DNA of 64,000 nucleotides from Paramoeba atlantica (taxonomy: Eukaryota > Protista > Discosea): the NCBI GenBank assembly GCA_977017575.1, contig CDRNVI010000030.1:558001-622000 (forward strand), read 5' to 3'. Under the pieces are notes generated by a model, which made no database searches, was not told the origin of the DNA, and saw only the letters and a list, made by a program, of their open reading frames with translations. The first letter of the stretch is position 1, and every line of letters starts with the position of its first letter. Made by a program: the position numbers and the translations under genes. Of this stretch, positions 10,935 through 24,428 are shown one piece after another.

Positions 10935-11590
10935 TTCTCAGTTGAAAACAACCACCGCGTTTAACGAAGAGCCTAAAAAAGATAATGGAAAAAATGGCAC
11001 CCGCACACTGATAATGCATAATTCACACTGACAATGCATGAAGACAATATTCACACAAAGACTGTTTTCTCTGATAATTTGTGCTTTAATTATTGGGGTT
11101 CGCAAATTTGCTTCCCACTAACGTCAGACGTCTTTATCTTGAAGACGGGTAAACAGGGTCTTGCCTTCCGCCTTTTTTTTTTAATTCTTGAATTCCGCCT
11201 TTTAATTTTTGCTCTCAGAGCACTAAATCCGGCATTTGCGCGTGGGAAATCACTAGTAGGCATGAATGGAAGCCTACCGAACGTATTGGGTAGAGAATGC
11301 GACTCCAACCATACCATTCTTTCGACACAAAAATGCCCCTTTAGGTCCGAAAAATACTTTTTCACCTTTTTTAGTCAAAAATGGGTCATTTTGAGGGGCG
11401 CACCACGGTTGGAAGAAGGGATACCTTGCGAAAACAACTGCGGAGAAAGCTAGTGTAGGTCCCCGGCTACCCTTTCTGCGGTTTTTTTTAGAAAACTAAT
11501 TTTTTCGAAAAAAAATTGCTCGGCCATGACCCCCCCCCCCTGGACCCCCCCCTGGACCCCCCTCGTGGACCCCCGATTTTTTTTCAGTTT
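10935..11590. mobile_element. Internal fragment of the GAGGGAGATAC-ended DNA element family
   Basis: Similar to 59700-60000 (direct) and 60240-60365 (inverted). Confidence 0.6.
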
Positions 11591-11624
11591 TGGTCCACCG
11601 AGGGCGGTATAATCCATATATAAT

Positions 11625-11982
11625 CCATATTCCTCGCATGCTGGCAAATGAGGAACAAGCAAGTTTCAAACGATCTTTGATTGTAGATGATGTTTCATTG
11701 TCTTGAAGATGCCCTAGATGTCGATACGAGTCTACTCTAGGTGCCGTTTCCAGTTCTTTTGTCTGGAGATTTTTATTTGAGCCGGCAAGCTTACCGAAAG
11801 AGATAAGGTTTGTGTATGCGTTTTTTGTAACACCTACAGCTATCTTTAGGTTCGCCAAGGAAGCATCCTGTGACGTTTCGTCAATCATTTCCTGGAGACC
11901 TTCCTTTGTATCACTGAACAATGCAATGTCATCTGCAAGATCAATATCAGAAATTCGTTTTTCCTGTAGGTTCCGTTTTCTT
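11625..11982 (-). pseudogene. LINE-C RT fragment
   Basis: DIDLADDIALF..YRHLGHLQD; near-identical to 22960-23319 and 40900-41254. Confidence 0.88.
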
Positions 11983-12737
11983 TTCCAAAAAATCCAAGTC
12001 ATTACGGATTGCTCCGGATGGTCACTGGCAAGCCAGACCCTTCACAGACAGATTTGGAAGTTCCGAGGCCGACGTCCTCTACCAGTTTCCGCTTGTCCAA
12101 GGCGGCACCAACGTGCTGTTGCCAACACGATGCGTCGACGAACTGTACGTCAACACGGCTTACCCAAGAGGCATAAGCCGGGTAAGGGAGCTTGTTCTCT
12201 GAGGGGAATGTCCGGGACGGTCCTCCGAGTACTGGGCCTTGAAGCACATGGTGCTCAGGCGGCGATTTCAAACCCGCTCATCGCAATATTCCTGGCGGCC
12301 TCACTCTAAGAGGCTGGGCTGATAACCGACTAGGCCCAGTACTCGGAGGACCGTCCCGGACCCTCCCCTCAGGGAACCAGCTCCCTTACCCGGCTCACAC
12401 CTCTTGGGTAAGCCGTGTTGGCGTACAATTCGTCGACGCAGCGTGTTGGCAACAGCACGTTGGTGCCGCCTTGGGCAAGCGGAAACTGGTAGAGGACGTC
12501 GGTCTCGGAACTTCCAAATCTGTCTGTGAAGGGTCTGGCTTGCCAGTGACCATCCGGAGCAATCCGGAATGATTTGGATTTTTTTTTTGGAGTACTGGGC
12601 CTAGTCGGTTCTCTACCCAGCCTCTTAGAGTGAGGCCGCCGGGAATATTGCGATGAGCGGGTTTAAACGCTCCGTCTGAGCACCATGTGCTTCAAACCTT
12701 GAATTCTTGCCACTCCGCCACCTCCGCTTGGTGGCGC
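11983..12737 (-). mobile_element. SINE in LINE-C with a second, inverted SINE (12239-12589, +) nested inside
   Basis: Outer TSD TCCGTTTTCTT (11972-11982, 12738-12748); inner TSD GAGTACTGGGCC (12227-12238, 12590-12601). Confidence 0.9.
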
Positions 12738-12763
12738 TCCGTTTTCTTGTCCCGCTTGAACTC

Positions 12764-15700
12764 CATCGTTTTTTGTAATCTAATTATAAAAACATGGCGG
12801 ATGCTTCCGGCACGTGTAAGGGGACAGAGGTTTTTGAAACCCTTACACGGACCAAGCGTGGTCGGGGGGTCATCTTTCGTTCACCCGAGCGAGAGGGGCC
12901 TGCTAAACTCCTCCAGAGAGCGGTGCGGGCGCTCTGTAAGTTTGTCCGCGTTGGGGCTCATCTTCGCGTCGCGTGGAGACACGACAACTGTTGCGACACT
13001 TTGTTTGTTTGGGAGGGCGAGGTCGTGTGTGAGGGGCCGGCTTATCTGAAAAGCGTAGGCTGGCATACTCAGGGGGGATCCTCGGTAACTCGAGGTGAAC
13101 CTTTGTCCGGTACATTTCGTGTTCGGTACGTGGCGAGGCCGCACACGACTCTCCCCTTTCCCCCCTTACTGAATACAGGTGTCGTGCTCTGCGCGGTGCA
13201 GGTGATAACCCGGCAAAGGCGAAACGAAGGAGCTCCCGTCACCGCCCTCGGTCACACTGGGCGTCGCGTGGTACACACGCCCAACGAGATTCGGAGAACC
13301 TCAAAGGTTCCGCTGTGAAGGAGAACACAACCGTTGCAACGCTTAACGTTACGACGTTAAAACTCGAGGGGGAAGATGAATTCTCTCTTCGAAGATGCAC
13401 CCGTTTGAACGAGGTGCTTTCTTTCATGCAGGTAAGGGGGGTTGGTGTCATGTGCCTAAAGGAGGCCAGGTACAATTTCTCGAAGGAAGGACTTGAGGAT
13501 GGAATCCTCTACAGGCAGGTTGAAAACCTAGGGGAGAGGTTTCACCTGTATTTGCAGTCGGCCGCCGCACACGATTCATATAATGGCATGGCCATAGTGA
13601 GCCGGCATGCGTTTCGGAAGGTTTGGATGGTGAGCAACAGGGTGATGGGAGCTGAGTATCCCCTGGAGGAGGGGACCGGCACTTTGTTCAATGTCTATGC
13701 CCCAATACGGGACTCCTCAGAAGCCGTTCATGCGGCATTTCTGGGTGACTTGGACAAGGCGTGTCGTGAGGTCAAGGCTGAACGGAAACGAAGACCTTTA
13801 TTGGTCATGGGGGATTTCAATGCACCGATAACGCTCGTGACGAATCCGAGCATGGATCCCCCAGCGGTCTCTCAGCTGAAAGGCCTCTTGTGCCCCATTG
13901 GCTGTAAGTCAGCACACACCCTCTGCCCGAGCAAGAGGAAATGGACATGTGAGCTGCCGGGCAGGAGGGCGGAGACAAAGGACCGTCGCAACGTAGGAAC
14001 AGAGAAGGTGGGGCAGAAGGGGGAAGAAGGAAAGGTGGAAATGGGAAGGAAAGGATCAGAGCCAGAGGGGACGGATAACAACGGTATGGTGAAGAGGGGA
14101 AGGGAAGGAGAGGAAAATGGGGACAAGGCCTGCGAGTACATGCACGTAAAAGGGGAGGTCGGCAAAAAGGGAGGTAGCAAAAGGCGTGGGGACAACAAGG
14201 TGCGGAGACAGCTTGACCACATCATGGTCAGTGAGCGCTTTGCCTCCAGCATTAGGAGGCACAAAGTACTCAAGGCGCCAGTGCCTACAGTACACTGCGT
14301 CGTTATGGCGGATGTGAAAATCAAGTGGCGCTCTAAAGGTACAGGTGGGCAAAGCAAGGTACCCTGGCCAAGACTTGGAGATGAAGAGAAGAAGGCATCC
14401 TTCCAGCAAGCAGTGTGGGAAATGGCGAAGAAAGAGGAAGAGATCACATGGGAATACTTATCGGAAAATATGGTACACACAGCGCAAAGACTCTCAAAAA
14501 AGGACCGAACCCCAAAAACGACCAACGCTCCTACAGGGACAGAAAACACACCACCGGGTACAGAAACACCGCGCATCTCAGGGTTTCGCGACTTATTTCT
14601 TCAGAGTCGAAAACCGGACCACTTCAAGGAAGTGCTAAAAGAGCACGGAGAAGAAATTGAGGCGCAGATTGGGCAGGAATGCGCCGAAATTGAAGCAGGT
14701 CTGCGGCGAAACCGTTCTAATCCGTGGCGTACGCTACGTAGAATTTGCGGTTTGTACAGGGAGACTCTTTGCATCGAGACCTCGTCGACAAGGGAAACTC
14801 TTAACATTGTTAAAGATTTCTTTGCTCGTATGGGGTCCGATGATCGCGGAGATAAAGATATAAAATTTGACAAAGTAGTCAGCCCGAAAGTACCAATCAA
14901 CGATGAAAGTTTCACTGTAGAAGAGCTCGAGGGCGGCATCAGTAGACTAGCGCGCAACAAGGCACATGGAATAGACCAAATTCCGGAGCAGGCACTCAGA
15001 ATGATCACAGAACATGCTGAGCTGAGAAAATCCTTATTACATATTATAAACGAGGTTCATCGAACAGGGGTTTCGCCTGCGTCCTGGAAATTTGTCCTTC
15101 AGGTGCCTATTCCAAAAAAAGGCGACCTGACACAAATAGCGAATTGGCGGCCAATCTGTCTCGTGAACAGTGCGGTTAAATTGATGAATGCAATGATCCT
15201 GAAAAGAATCAGACCATCCATCGAGCCGCTCCTTCGCGACAGTCAATTTGGTTTTCGGCCAGAAAGGTCCACGGCAGGGGCGCAAATCATTTTGAATGAT
15301 GCAAGAGTTCGTGCGACCAGGGGCAAGAAAGGCATTGCAGTGGCATTCATGGACTTCGCAAAAGCATTTCCCTCGGTATCGTTTCATGCCATCCGTGCTG
15401 CATTGAATGCCTTTCATGTCGGACCCGCGCTTACTAGGATGGTAATGTCCTTGTACTCGAATTTAAAAGGAATAGTCCGCACACCATACGGAAATACGGA
15501 TTCTTTTCCCATTGAAACAGGAATTCTTCAAGGGGACGTGCTTGCTCCTTATCTCTTTGTGCTTGTAATCGATAGGATTCTCAACAAAGCACTCGATAAC
15601 AAGCCGCTCGGGATTCTTCTAAGGAGCAGCGGGACGAAAAGCAGGGGAATTCAAGAATTTAGACTAAAAGACATCGACTACGCAGACGACATAGCACTTT

Positions 15701-17128
15701 TAGCTTCCACGAAACATGAAATATCGCAAATGATCGAAGCTACGGCAAATGAGGCAAAACCAGCTAATCTGAGGATTGCCGTGGGGAAAACCAAGACTGC
15801 GTGGATGGCCTTTGGGAAAGTTCCGGGGGGGACGCGAGAACTTCGAGCAGGATCGCTTGGCAAGATTCCTCTTGTGGATTCCTACCGGCATCTTGGTCAT
15901 CTCCAAGATGCTACAGCATCATCCCCCATCAAGGACAGGCTAAGGATCACATGGGCAGCATTTCGTAAACTCAGTGGCATTTGGGCTTCTCCTCTGAGTG
16001 CTGCCACGAAAATACGCCTGTTTGACTGCTTGATCTACCCTATTTTAACGTTTGGTGCAGCCTGTCTTTCTCTTTCTAACAAAATGCTTCGAAAAACGGA
16101 GGTTGAGGTAAATATGATGAGGAGATTCGCTTGTAACTCAGCAAAGCTTGACGATTTCGGACACTGCTACCCATTAGAGTCCTTGTATTGTGGTACGCCT
16201 CGATTTTCGACCGTGCATCGTGTTGCCCGTGCAAAAATCGTTGGCCACATGCTCAGGCACTCCTCTACGTTTCGCGAGCTCGTTCAATGGAATAGCACGG
16301 AAAAAACAAGAAATATTTCTCCTAGCGAAGCAAGTTTTAATGATCTAGGGGTCACTCTGGAGCAGGCGCTTGTTTACTCGCAGGATCGGATACACTGGCA
16401 AAAGCTATGCGATGAGCTCAGGCAGAAACTTGAACCACTTGCGATGTATGAGGTATTAAGGTCTCCAAGGTGGAAAACTAAACACACTCAAGCGGTCAAA
16501 AGCAAAAGCTCTTATGAGCTACAATTTGTGGAGGAAGGCTCGGATCCGTTCCCCATGAGTGAGGGTGAGGTTCATATGTATATTGATGGCTCTGTTCGGC
16601 AGTTGCGGGGGTCCAAGGAACAAAGATCCGGTGCGGGAATAGTTCTGAGAATGAGTGGAACAGAAGACAAATACTATTCCATAGCATTGGATGCTGGCTC
16701 AGCTGAGAGAGCTGAGGTTGAATCGCTGAGGGAAGCGCTGGAAAGGATACCTAATGAGGCTCAAACAGTTGTCATACACACCGATTCGTTCTATGTATGG
16801 AATTTCTTCCATCATACTCGTCTACGACGGCGAATCATTGGGTATAACAATCTACCGAATGGGGGTATCCTTGAGAAATTGGATCGGGAAATTCGAACGC
16901 TCCAATCGATGGATAAAAGGTGTTACGTGTGCAAAGTGAAATCCCACAACGGGAACATTTACAATGAGAAGGCAGACACCTTGGCGCTTGCAGGGTCGAG
17001 AAAAATAGTCCCAGCCTCAGAAATAAAGAGGAAGAAATAAATAAAGAGGAGAAAGACTGCGACAAGTGCCTCAGAAGCTCAAAGGGTTAGCTCAGAAACC
17101 GTTCAAACCATGAATCGTCCTCGGAAAC
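12764..17128 (+). mobile_element. LINE-A2: frameshifted at ~13205, 3'-truncated duplicate of LINE-A3
   Basis: Same left flank (TTGAACTC in LINE-C) and same stop-creating duplication near the RNase H end as A3. ORFs 12794-13318 and 13315-17040. Confidence 0.93.
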
Positions 17129-17145
17129 AGAGGTTCCGTTTTCTT

Positions 17146-17915
17146 TTCCAAAAAATCCAAGTCATTCCGGATTGCTCCGGATGGTCACTGGCAAGCCAGA
17201 CCCTTCACAGACAGATTTGGAAGTTCCGAGGCCGACGTCCTCTACCAGTTTCCGCTTGACCAAGGCGGCACCAACGTGCTGTTGCCAACACGCTGCGTCG
17301 ACGAACTGTACGTCAACACGGCTTACCCAAGAGGTGTAAGCCGGGTAAGGGAGCTGGTTCCCTGAGGGGAGGGTCCGGGACGGTCCTCCGAGTACTGGGC
17401 CTAGTCGGTTATCAGCCCAGCCTCTTAGAGTGAGGCCGCCGGGGATATTGCGATGAGCGGGTTTGAACTCGCCGTCTGAGCACCATGTGCTTCAAACTTT
17501 GAGTTCTTGCCACTCCGCCACTCCTCCACTCTCCGCCACTCCTCCACTCTCCGCCACTCCTCCACTCTCCGCCCCTTGCCACTCCGCCCGTCGAGTTCAA
17601 ACCCGTTCATCGCAATATTCCCGGCGGCCTCACTCTAAGAGGCTGGGTTGATAACCGACTAGGCCCAGTACTCGGAGGACCGTCCCGGACCCTCCCCTCA
17701 GGGAACCAGATCCCTTACCCGGCTTACACCTCTTGGGTAAGCCGTGTTGACGTACAGTTCGTCGACGCAGCGTGTTGGCAACAGCACGTTGGTGCCGCCT
17801 TGGTCAAGCGGAAACTGGTAGAGGACGTCGGCCTCGGAACTTCCGAATCTGTCTGTGAAGGGTCTGGCTTGCCAGTGACCATCCGGAGCAATCCGGAATG
17901 ATTTGGATTGGATTT
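17146..17915. mobile_element. Head-to-head SINE pair (17146-17589 minus; 17590-17915 plus, 5'-truncated)
   Basis: Both match the SINE consensus. The minus copy has 3x18-nt repeats at its 5' end; the plus copy ends in the hairpin + GGATTGGATT. Confidence 0.88.
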
Positions 17916-18453
17916 TTTCGATTGGACTCCGCCCCCTCCGCCCCCTCCGCCCCACAAACTTTCCTTTTGCGAAAAAAGCGAGGTCGTAGTGATGAAGAAT
18001 TGAAACAAACTAACTTAGACCGTTTCATTGTTTATGATAAGAATTGTACGGAAATAACGGCTTCTTCTGATTCCCTTCAACTCACAGTCCTCGAGTCAGA
18101 TCCAATATATGAACTCTTTTGAACTTATGGGAGAGAAGTAACGAAATGTAAAAAAACGCTAACCACTACGTTTAATGGAGCGACTACAAACTTGTACTAA
18201 TATGCTGTCCCCCTCACCCTAAACGCACCCTGTCAGTCCCCCCCCCGTTTAAGCGCACATTGATCCACCAAGATCCACATGAAGACGAGCACCAAAGGTT
18301 GACATCGTGCCAAAAATCATCGCTCTGGATGGCACGAAATGGCACAGGATGGCAACGAATGGCACAGGATAACTGCATGGTTTCCATTGGGTAGAGAATG
18401 CGACTCCAACCATACCATTCTTTCGACATTGCCTTTGTGGTTTCCGTGGAATT

Positions 18454-19990
18454 AAGATTCTGCAGCGCATTCTTCCTTCCATTGATCTGATACTACGCGA
18501 CAGCCAATTTGGATTCCGCCCCGATCGTTCTGTTACAGAGGCGCAGATTCTTCTTAACGAGACGGAGATTAGGGCGTCCAGAGGTGAGTCCGGTGTTGCC
18601 CTTGCGTTTCTTGATTTTGTAAAAGCATTTCCGTCAGTTTCCTTTTAATCGTGGTGGATCGTATTCTGTATCGAGCTCTGGATGACAAACCGTTCGGCAT
18701 TCTTCTTCAGAGCAAAGGAATTCAGGAGTCGAGGCTCCGTGATACGCGGATGATATTGCTCTTCTTTCCACGACAAAAGGCGAACTTTCGCAGATGATAG
18801 AGGAGATATCTGAAGAGTCTAAGCAGGCAAATCTCAGAATTGCGGTACGACCGACTCCAAATCCAAATCCAAATCGCCGACTAAAACTGCTTGGATGGCA
18901 TTTGGCAAGATTCCTGGAACAACTCGTAATCTTAGAGCAGGGGTAAGATTCCTCTTGTCCATTCATATAGATATCTGGGAAATCTTCAAGATTCAGGTGT
19001 TTCTTCGCCATTGAAGGATCGTTTAAGACTAACCTGGGCGGCATTTCGCAAGCTGCGGGGTATTTGGGATTCACCTCTTAGCGTATCCACCAAATTCCGG
19101 CTGTTTGACTGCCTTGTTTACCCTATCATGACGTTTGGGGCGGCATCACTTTCAGTTTCCAACAAACTGCTTCGTCAAACAGAGGTTGATCTTAATATGA
19201 TGCGAAGATTCTGTTGCAATTGCGCGAAACTCGATGAGTTTGGACACTGTTATCCACTTGAATCGCTTTATCGCGGCACACCTCGGTTTTCTACCGTGCA
19301 TCAGGTTAGTCGTGCAAAAATTGTGGGCCACATTCTGAGGCATTCGACTGCCTTTCGAGACCTCATACAGTGGAAATCCAGGGAGCAAAGAAGCTCTTGT
19401 TTACTCTAAGGATCGTGATCACTGGAGAAAACTGTGTGAGAATTTAAAAGCCACACTGGAGAGAATAAGTTCCCCCAGATGGAAAAGTCGCCATACCCAA
19501 GCCTTACAACAAGACACGCTTTATGATCCACAATTCGTCGAAGAAGGCTCAGACCTCTTTCTCGTCAAAGATTCGGACTTTGCGCGTGACCAACGAAAAC
19601 AGAGCTGGTGCAGGACTTGTCGTGCGACGAAAATGGGTGAATGATCAAAATTTTTCCGAAGAGGAAGAAGACAACGAGCGCTAATACCTCTGAAACCATA
19701 AACTCGCTACAAACACGGAAGATTATTCGCCCAAGAACTAATGTTGCAAAAAATTCTTCTAAACGCAACGAAACACATACTGCAAGTGATCTTGTGCCTA
19801 AAAATGGCAGCTCCCGTTCTGTAGAGCCCAGAGAGGAATCGTCTGCTGAAATTTCCACTTCATCCCTGAGTAATCAAGATATCGGTAAAGAAAACAGTTG
19901 TCAGGGTTCAAGAGAATTTGACAAAGTTGGGAACATTAAGAAAAAGGAGTCCCCTAAGAGAATGAAGCCGTCACGAGTTTTGAAACAGTA
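18454..19990 (+). pseudogene. Degenerate RT/RNase H 3' half of a LINE-A-related family (LINE-B)
   Basis: RDSQFGFRPDRS, FLDFVKAFPSV, YADDIALLS, KDRLRLTWAAFRKL, CYPLESLY..PRFSTVH, with deletions and stops. Confidence 0.88.
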
Positions 19991-20557
19991 GTAAAGGGGG
20001 GGGGCGGATATATATTACGCTTGCAGATATATATTACTTTTAAAATATTACTTGAAATTACTTTTTCACCTTTTATATTCAAAAATGGGCCATTTTCGCG
20101 GGCATACCACGGCAGAGGCGTTCGGACTTCGCACCCCCAACTGCCTGTGAAGGGCCCTCCCTTGAAGGGGGGTGGCAACTTCCCAAAGGAGGTACAACCT
20201 CCTGAGGGAGCCAGCGGCAAGCCGGGGCTTCCCGGCACCCTTCATTCACTCAGAAACGCATTTGGCGCCCTGCGATCGTCACCTCCGTTTGTCAGGTAAG
20301 AAAATGTTGATTTCACGTGGATCAAAGCATCGAAACTGCTCTAGAGCACCCAAAGTAGTAAGCGCCCAAAGTAGTAAGCGAGTATTCCCGGTGTCGTCAG
20401 GGGCGTTCAATCGCCCACAAGAACGTCTCGCCACGCTGCCTTATTGCACTGTCGACCGAAATGTTGGCCTTCTGGGTGATCTACCCATGGGAAATGTTTC
20501 GATAGAGTGAATTATTAGTATGCCATGTTCCTAAAGAAATATGGTGGAACAAGTTAA

Positions 20558-20745
20558 CCCAGGATAAAGTGGACGAGGGAGATACTAAAGTCACATTTTG
20601 CAAACTACCACAAAACTGGAACGGCATCCCCCGGTTTGTTAAGCATTCTGATGTGACCCAAGAATTTAACGTGAGATACTGTTCCAGTTTTGTGGTAGTT
20701 TGCCAAATGTGCCTTCAGTATCTCCCTCGTCCACTTTATCCTGGG
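20558..20745. mobile_element. 188-bp foldback/MITE-like element with arms CCCAGGATAAAGTGGACGAGGGAGATACT
   Basis: Perfect ~29-bp inverted termini plus internal imperfect symmetry. Copies at 26325-26512 and 51110-51297. Confidence 0.8.
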
Positions 20746-21297
20746 TTGCACAGCCATCGAAACATGCTCCCTAGGACCTCTTACAGATTCCCACGCGAGG
20801 AAGTCGTCGTCGCCGCGGCAAAAAGACAGAAGGCTGTCTTTTTGCCTTGCGCCTCCTCCTTCCTCTAAGGCCTTGCGTGTTACGCACTTCCAGGTAAATT
20901 TTGGACTTTGTAGGTGCATTACCATGGCAGACTGAAGAAATATCGAATGAAATCAAAGCGCATACAGGTGTATCAGGCCCCAAACTCTCAAAAAACGGTC
21001 TAGGAGTTGATTTGGGAAAAATATATTTTTTGACTTTCACCCATAATTTTTCAGTTTTTCAAAATTTCAAAAATTGCTATGATCACCCTGGTGGGGAGGG
21101 GGGGGGGGCAGGGGGTACCCATCGGAATTGTTGAAAAACTAGTGATCTTGTCACTCAATTCGATTCATACGTCTTTGTAAACATTTCTTTCGAAAACTCA
21201 CCTGAAACGATACCGGGCACGAAATCGGGCCACAAATCGGGCCACAAATCGGGCACGGCGAATTAATCCACGGCAGCAAGGGAGTAGTATCTCCCTC
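20558..21297 (-). mobile_element. Short Helentron/Helitron2-like non-autonomous element
   Basis: Minus-strand left end TT|GAGGGAG-ATACTA-CTCCCTT (hairpin) at 21297; right end GTATCTCCCTC-N14-GGG|TT at 20558. Confidence 0.5.
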
Positions 21298-21552
21298 AAT
21301 AAACTTATTCCTTCACAAAAAAGGATAAAGAGGCTTGATCCCTATAAAATTACTTGCCACGAGGTAATGCCCCCAGCGACAGCGGCTCTACGCCCTATCG
21401 AAGGGCCCTCCCGTCGGGCCCTTCAAAAATAAAGGACACAGAAGCTTGAGGGCGGTAGGGGCAAATATTTGACGAAAATCTGTTTTTTTTGAACTTGTTC
21501 ACAATCAATTTTCAAACGTTTTTAGGTCATTTTCGTATTCATACGGCCATTT

Positions 21553-24428
21553 CCAATCCAATCCAAATCCAATCCAGAATACCGACAAAGTCGGCTAAAA
21601 CACTTAGCACTTTCACACTAAACATTTCCATCTCTATCATCAGCACTAGAGCTCATCAACACTAGAGCACACAAACCGCATAAAGTAATGGAATATAAAA
21701 CTTCCTCAAGGCATATTCTAGCACACGTACGGAGATACACAACAAGCACTCACACTTACTTTGGTGTCCACCTTCCACCGCCAGTTCTCGTAACTTTCTG
21801 GCGAATAACAACTTTTTCCTCTGCCTCACGTTTAGACGCGGATGAGGCTTTCACTGCACGCTGACTTTTTGCGTTTCGTTTTGCAAACTGCTGAGCAGTG
21901 GTTTGCGAATTTGAGGACTTTCTTCTCTTTACGTCAGGTTCGCTTACTTTCTTTCTAGATGCAGACAATGCGAGCTAGTCTGCTGCCTCGTTCCAAGGAT
22001 TTCCCGAGTGAGATTTAACTTTCACATATTTGTACCCCTTGACCCTTCAACGCGCGTAATTTATGGTCCATTTGATCCATCAAGTCTCCATTTGCAATTC
22101 CGTTGTAGCCTACAACGCGAAAACGTGATCTTAAACTGTGAAAATATTGTCAAACGTAACAAGAATCAGTATGAAAAACGCAAGAAAGTGATACTTCTGG
22201 AAATTTCGAAATAGCCTCACGAAATGCTAATAATTCGGCCCTCTCACTTGTTCCCACCTCCAACGGAATAGAATAGTAATCAGGGTCACCCCTGATTTTC
22301 AAGAAAACAACACCAGCACCGCTACGCACCGTTTGTGTTCCGCGCAAAACTCTCACTGAACCACCCGGAATGTATCAACATCCGAAATGTATAGATTTAA
22401 GCTTGGGGAATGGCACACTAGATTCTTCAATAAATTGTAGCTCTTTATAAATCTTGTTCTTGATAGCTGTGGCTTTCAATGCTTTCCATTTTCTTGTAGT
22501 AGCACGCTCGTAGTCAACCGCTGGCTCAAGTGAAAGTTTTAGCTTTTCGGTGAGACGAAACCGATGCCATAAACCAATGCCTCTTCTAAAGTTATACCCA
22601 AGTCTGAAATACATGCTTCGCTTGGAGAAGGACGTCTCGAATTAGATTTATTTCTCCATTGCACCAGGTCTCGATAGTTCGGAGAATGTCTCAGCATGTG
22701 TCCGGCAAGTTTGGCTCTCTGAACTTTGTGAATAGTGGAAAATCGTGATGTATTTACTTAGAGAGAGTCTGTAGGATAACAAAAACCATACTCGCCCAAT
22801 TTGTTGCACTGAGATGCAATTCTTCTCATCGTATTAATTTCGTCATCAATCGAACGCAACATTTTTTGAGAAATGTGCAATGCGCCTGAACCGAAGTTCA
22901 GAATAGGGTATATAAGCACGTCGTATAGTCTGAGTTTAATATGAGAGCTTAAAGATGAAATCCATATTCCTCGCATGCTGGCAAATGAGGAACAAGCAAG
23001 TTTCAAACGATCTTTGATTGTAGATGATGTTTCATTGTCTTGAAGATGCCCTAGATGTCGATACGAATCTACTCTAGGTGCCGTTTCCAGTTCTTTTGTC
23101 TGGAGATTCTTATTTGAGCCGGCAACCTTACCGAAAGAGATAAGGTTTGTGTATGCGTTTTTTGTAACACCTACAGCCATCTTTAGGTTCGCCAAGGAAG
23201 CATCCTGTGACGTTTCGTCAATCATTTCCTGGAGACCTTCCTTTGTATCACTGAACAATGCAATGTCATCTGCAAGATCAATATCAGAAATTCGTTTTTC
23301 CTGTAGGTTCCGTTTTCTTTTCCAAAAAATCCAAGTCATTCCGGATTGCTCCGGATGGTCACTGGCAAGCCAGACCCTTCACAGACAGATTTGGAAGTTC
23401 CGAGGCCGACGTCCTCTACCAGTTTCCGCTTGTCCAAGGCGGCACCAACGTGCTGTTGCCAACACGATGCGTCGACGAACTGTACGTCAACACGGCTTAC
23501 CCAAGAGGTGTAAGCCGGGTAAGGGAGCTTGTTCCCTGAGGGGAATGTCCGGGACGGTCCTCCGAGTACTGGGCCTAGTCGGTTCTCCACCCAGCCTCTT
23601 AGAGTGAGGCCGCCGGGAATATTGCGATGAGCGGGTTTAAACTCGCCGTCTGAGCACCATGTGCTTCAAACCTTGAATTCTTGCCACTCCGCCACCTCCT
23701 CTTGGTGGCGCTCCGTTTTCTTGTCCCGCTTGAACTCAAAAGTAATCCGCGATTTTCCAGGTCCAGCGACTTATTAAGAATGCGATCCATAACCATCACG
23801 AAAAGGTAAGGGGCCAACAAATCCCCCTGAAGTATTCCTGTAGTTATCGGAGAAGAATCTGTGATACCAAAGGGTGTGCGGACTACTCCTTTCAGATTTG
23901 AGTAAAATGACATGATCATTTCGGATAGACGAACTCCCGCGTGATATGCTTTCAGACTCGCTTTTATCGCAGCGAAAGATACAGATGGGAATGCTTTTGC
24001 GAAATCAATGAACGCTACACAAACACCTTTATTCGGAAATGCCTTGGACTTTATTTCATTCATGATTGTTTGCGCACCAGCGGTAGATCTATTTTGACGA
24101 AAACCGTATTGATTGTCTCGAAGAAGTGGTTCAACGCTGGGGCGGATGCGAGTAAGAATCATAAAATTAATCAGCTTGACTATACTGTTTACAAGGCAAA
24201 TAGGGTGCCAGTTTGAAAGCTGCGATAAATCCCCTTTCTTTGGAATAGGTATTTGAAGAATGACTTTCCATGATGCTTCGGTAACGCCTGTTTCATGCAC
24301 TTCATTGATTAGCTCCAGCAAAAAATCTCTAAAATCCTGATGTGTCGAAATTGCTTGTAAGGCCTCCATGTGAATACCGTCTCCCTCTGGGGCTCTATTC
24401 TTCCCGAAGTGCGAAAGCGAATAAAAGA
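21553..24428 (-). pseudogene. LINE-C 3' half (RT + RNase H + 3' UTR), degenerate, SINE-interrupted
   Basis: NQYGFRQNRST, IDFAKAFPSV, QGDLLAPYLF, LADDIALF, SERAELLAFREA..HTDS. 3' hairpin GCCGAC-TTT-GTCGGT (21581-21595) + (GGATT)n. Confidence 0.9.
23320..23711 (-). mobile_element. SINE in the LINE-C RT domain
   Basis: TSD TCCGTTTTCTT (23309-23319, 23712-23722). 5' extra bases GCGCCACC are complementary to the SINE head. Confidence 0.92.

Noticed and set aside
17950-18420. Host gene fragment and short TGGCAC repeats
   Set aside because: Short ORFs without recognisable motifs; cannot be assigned from sequence alone.
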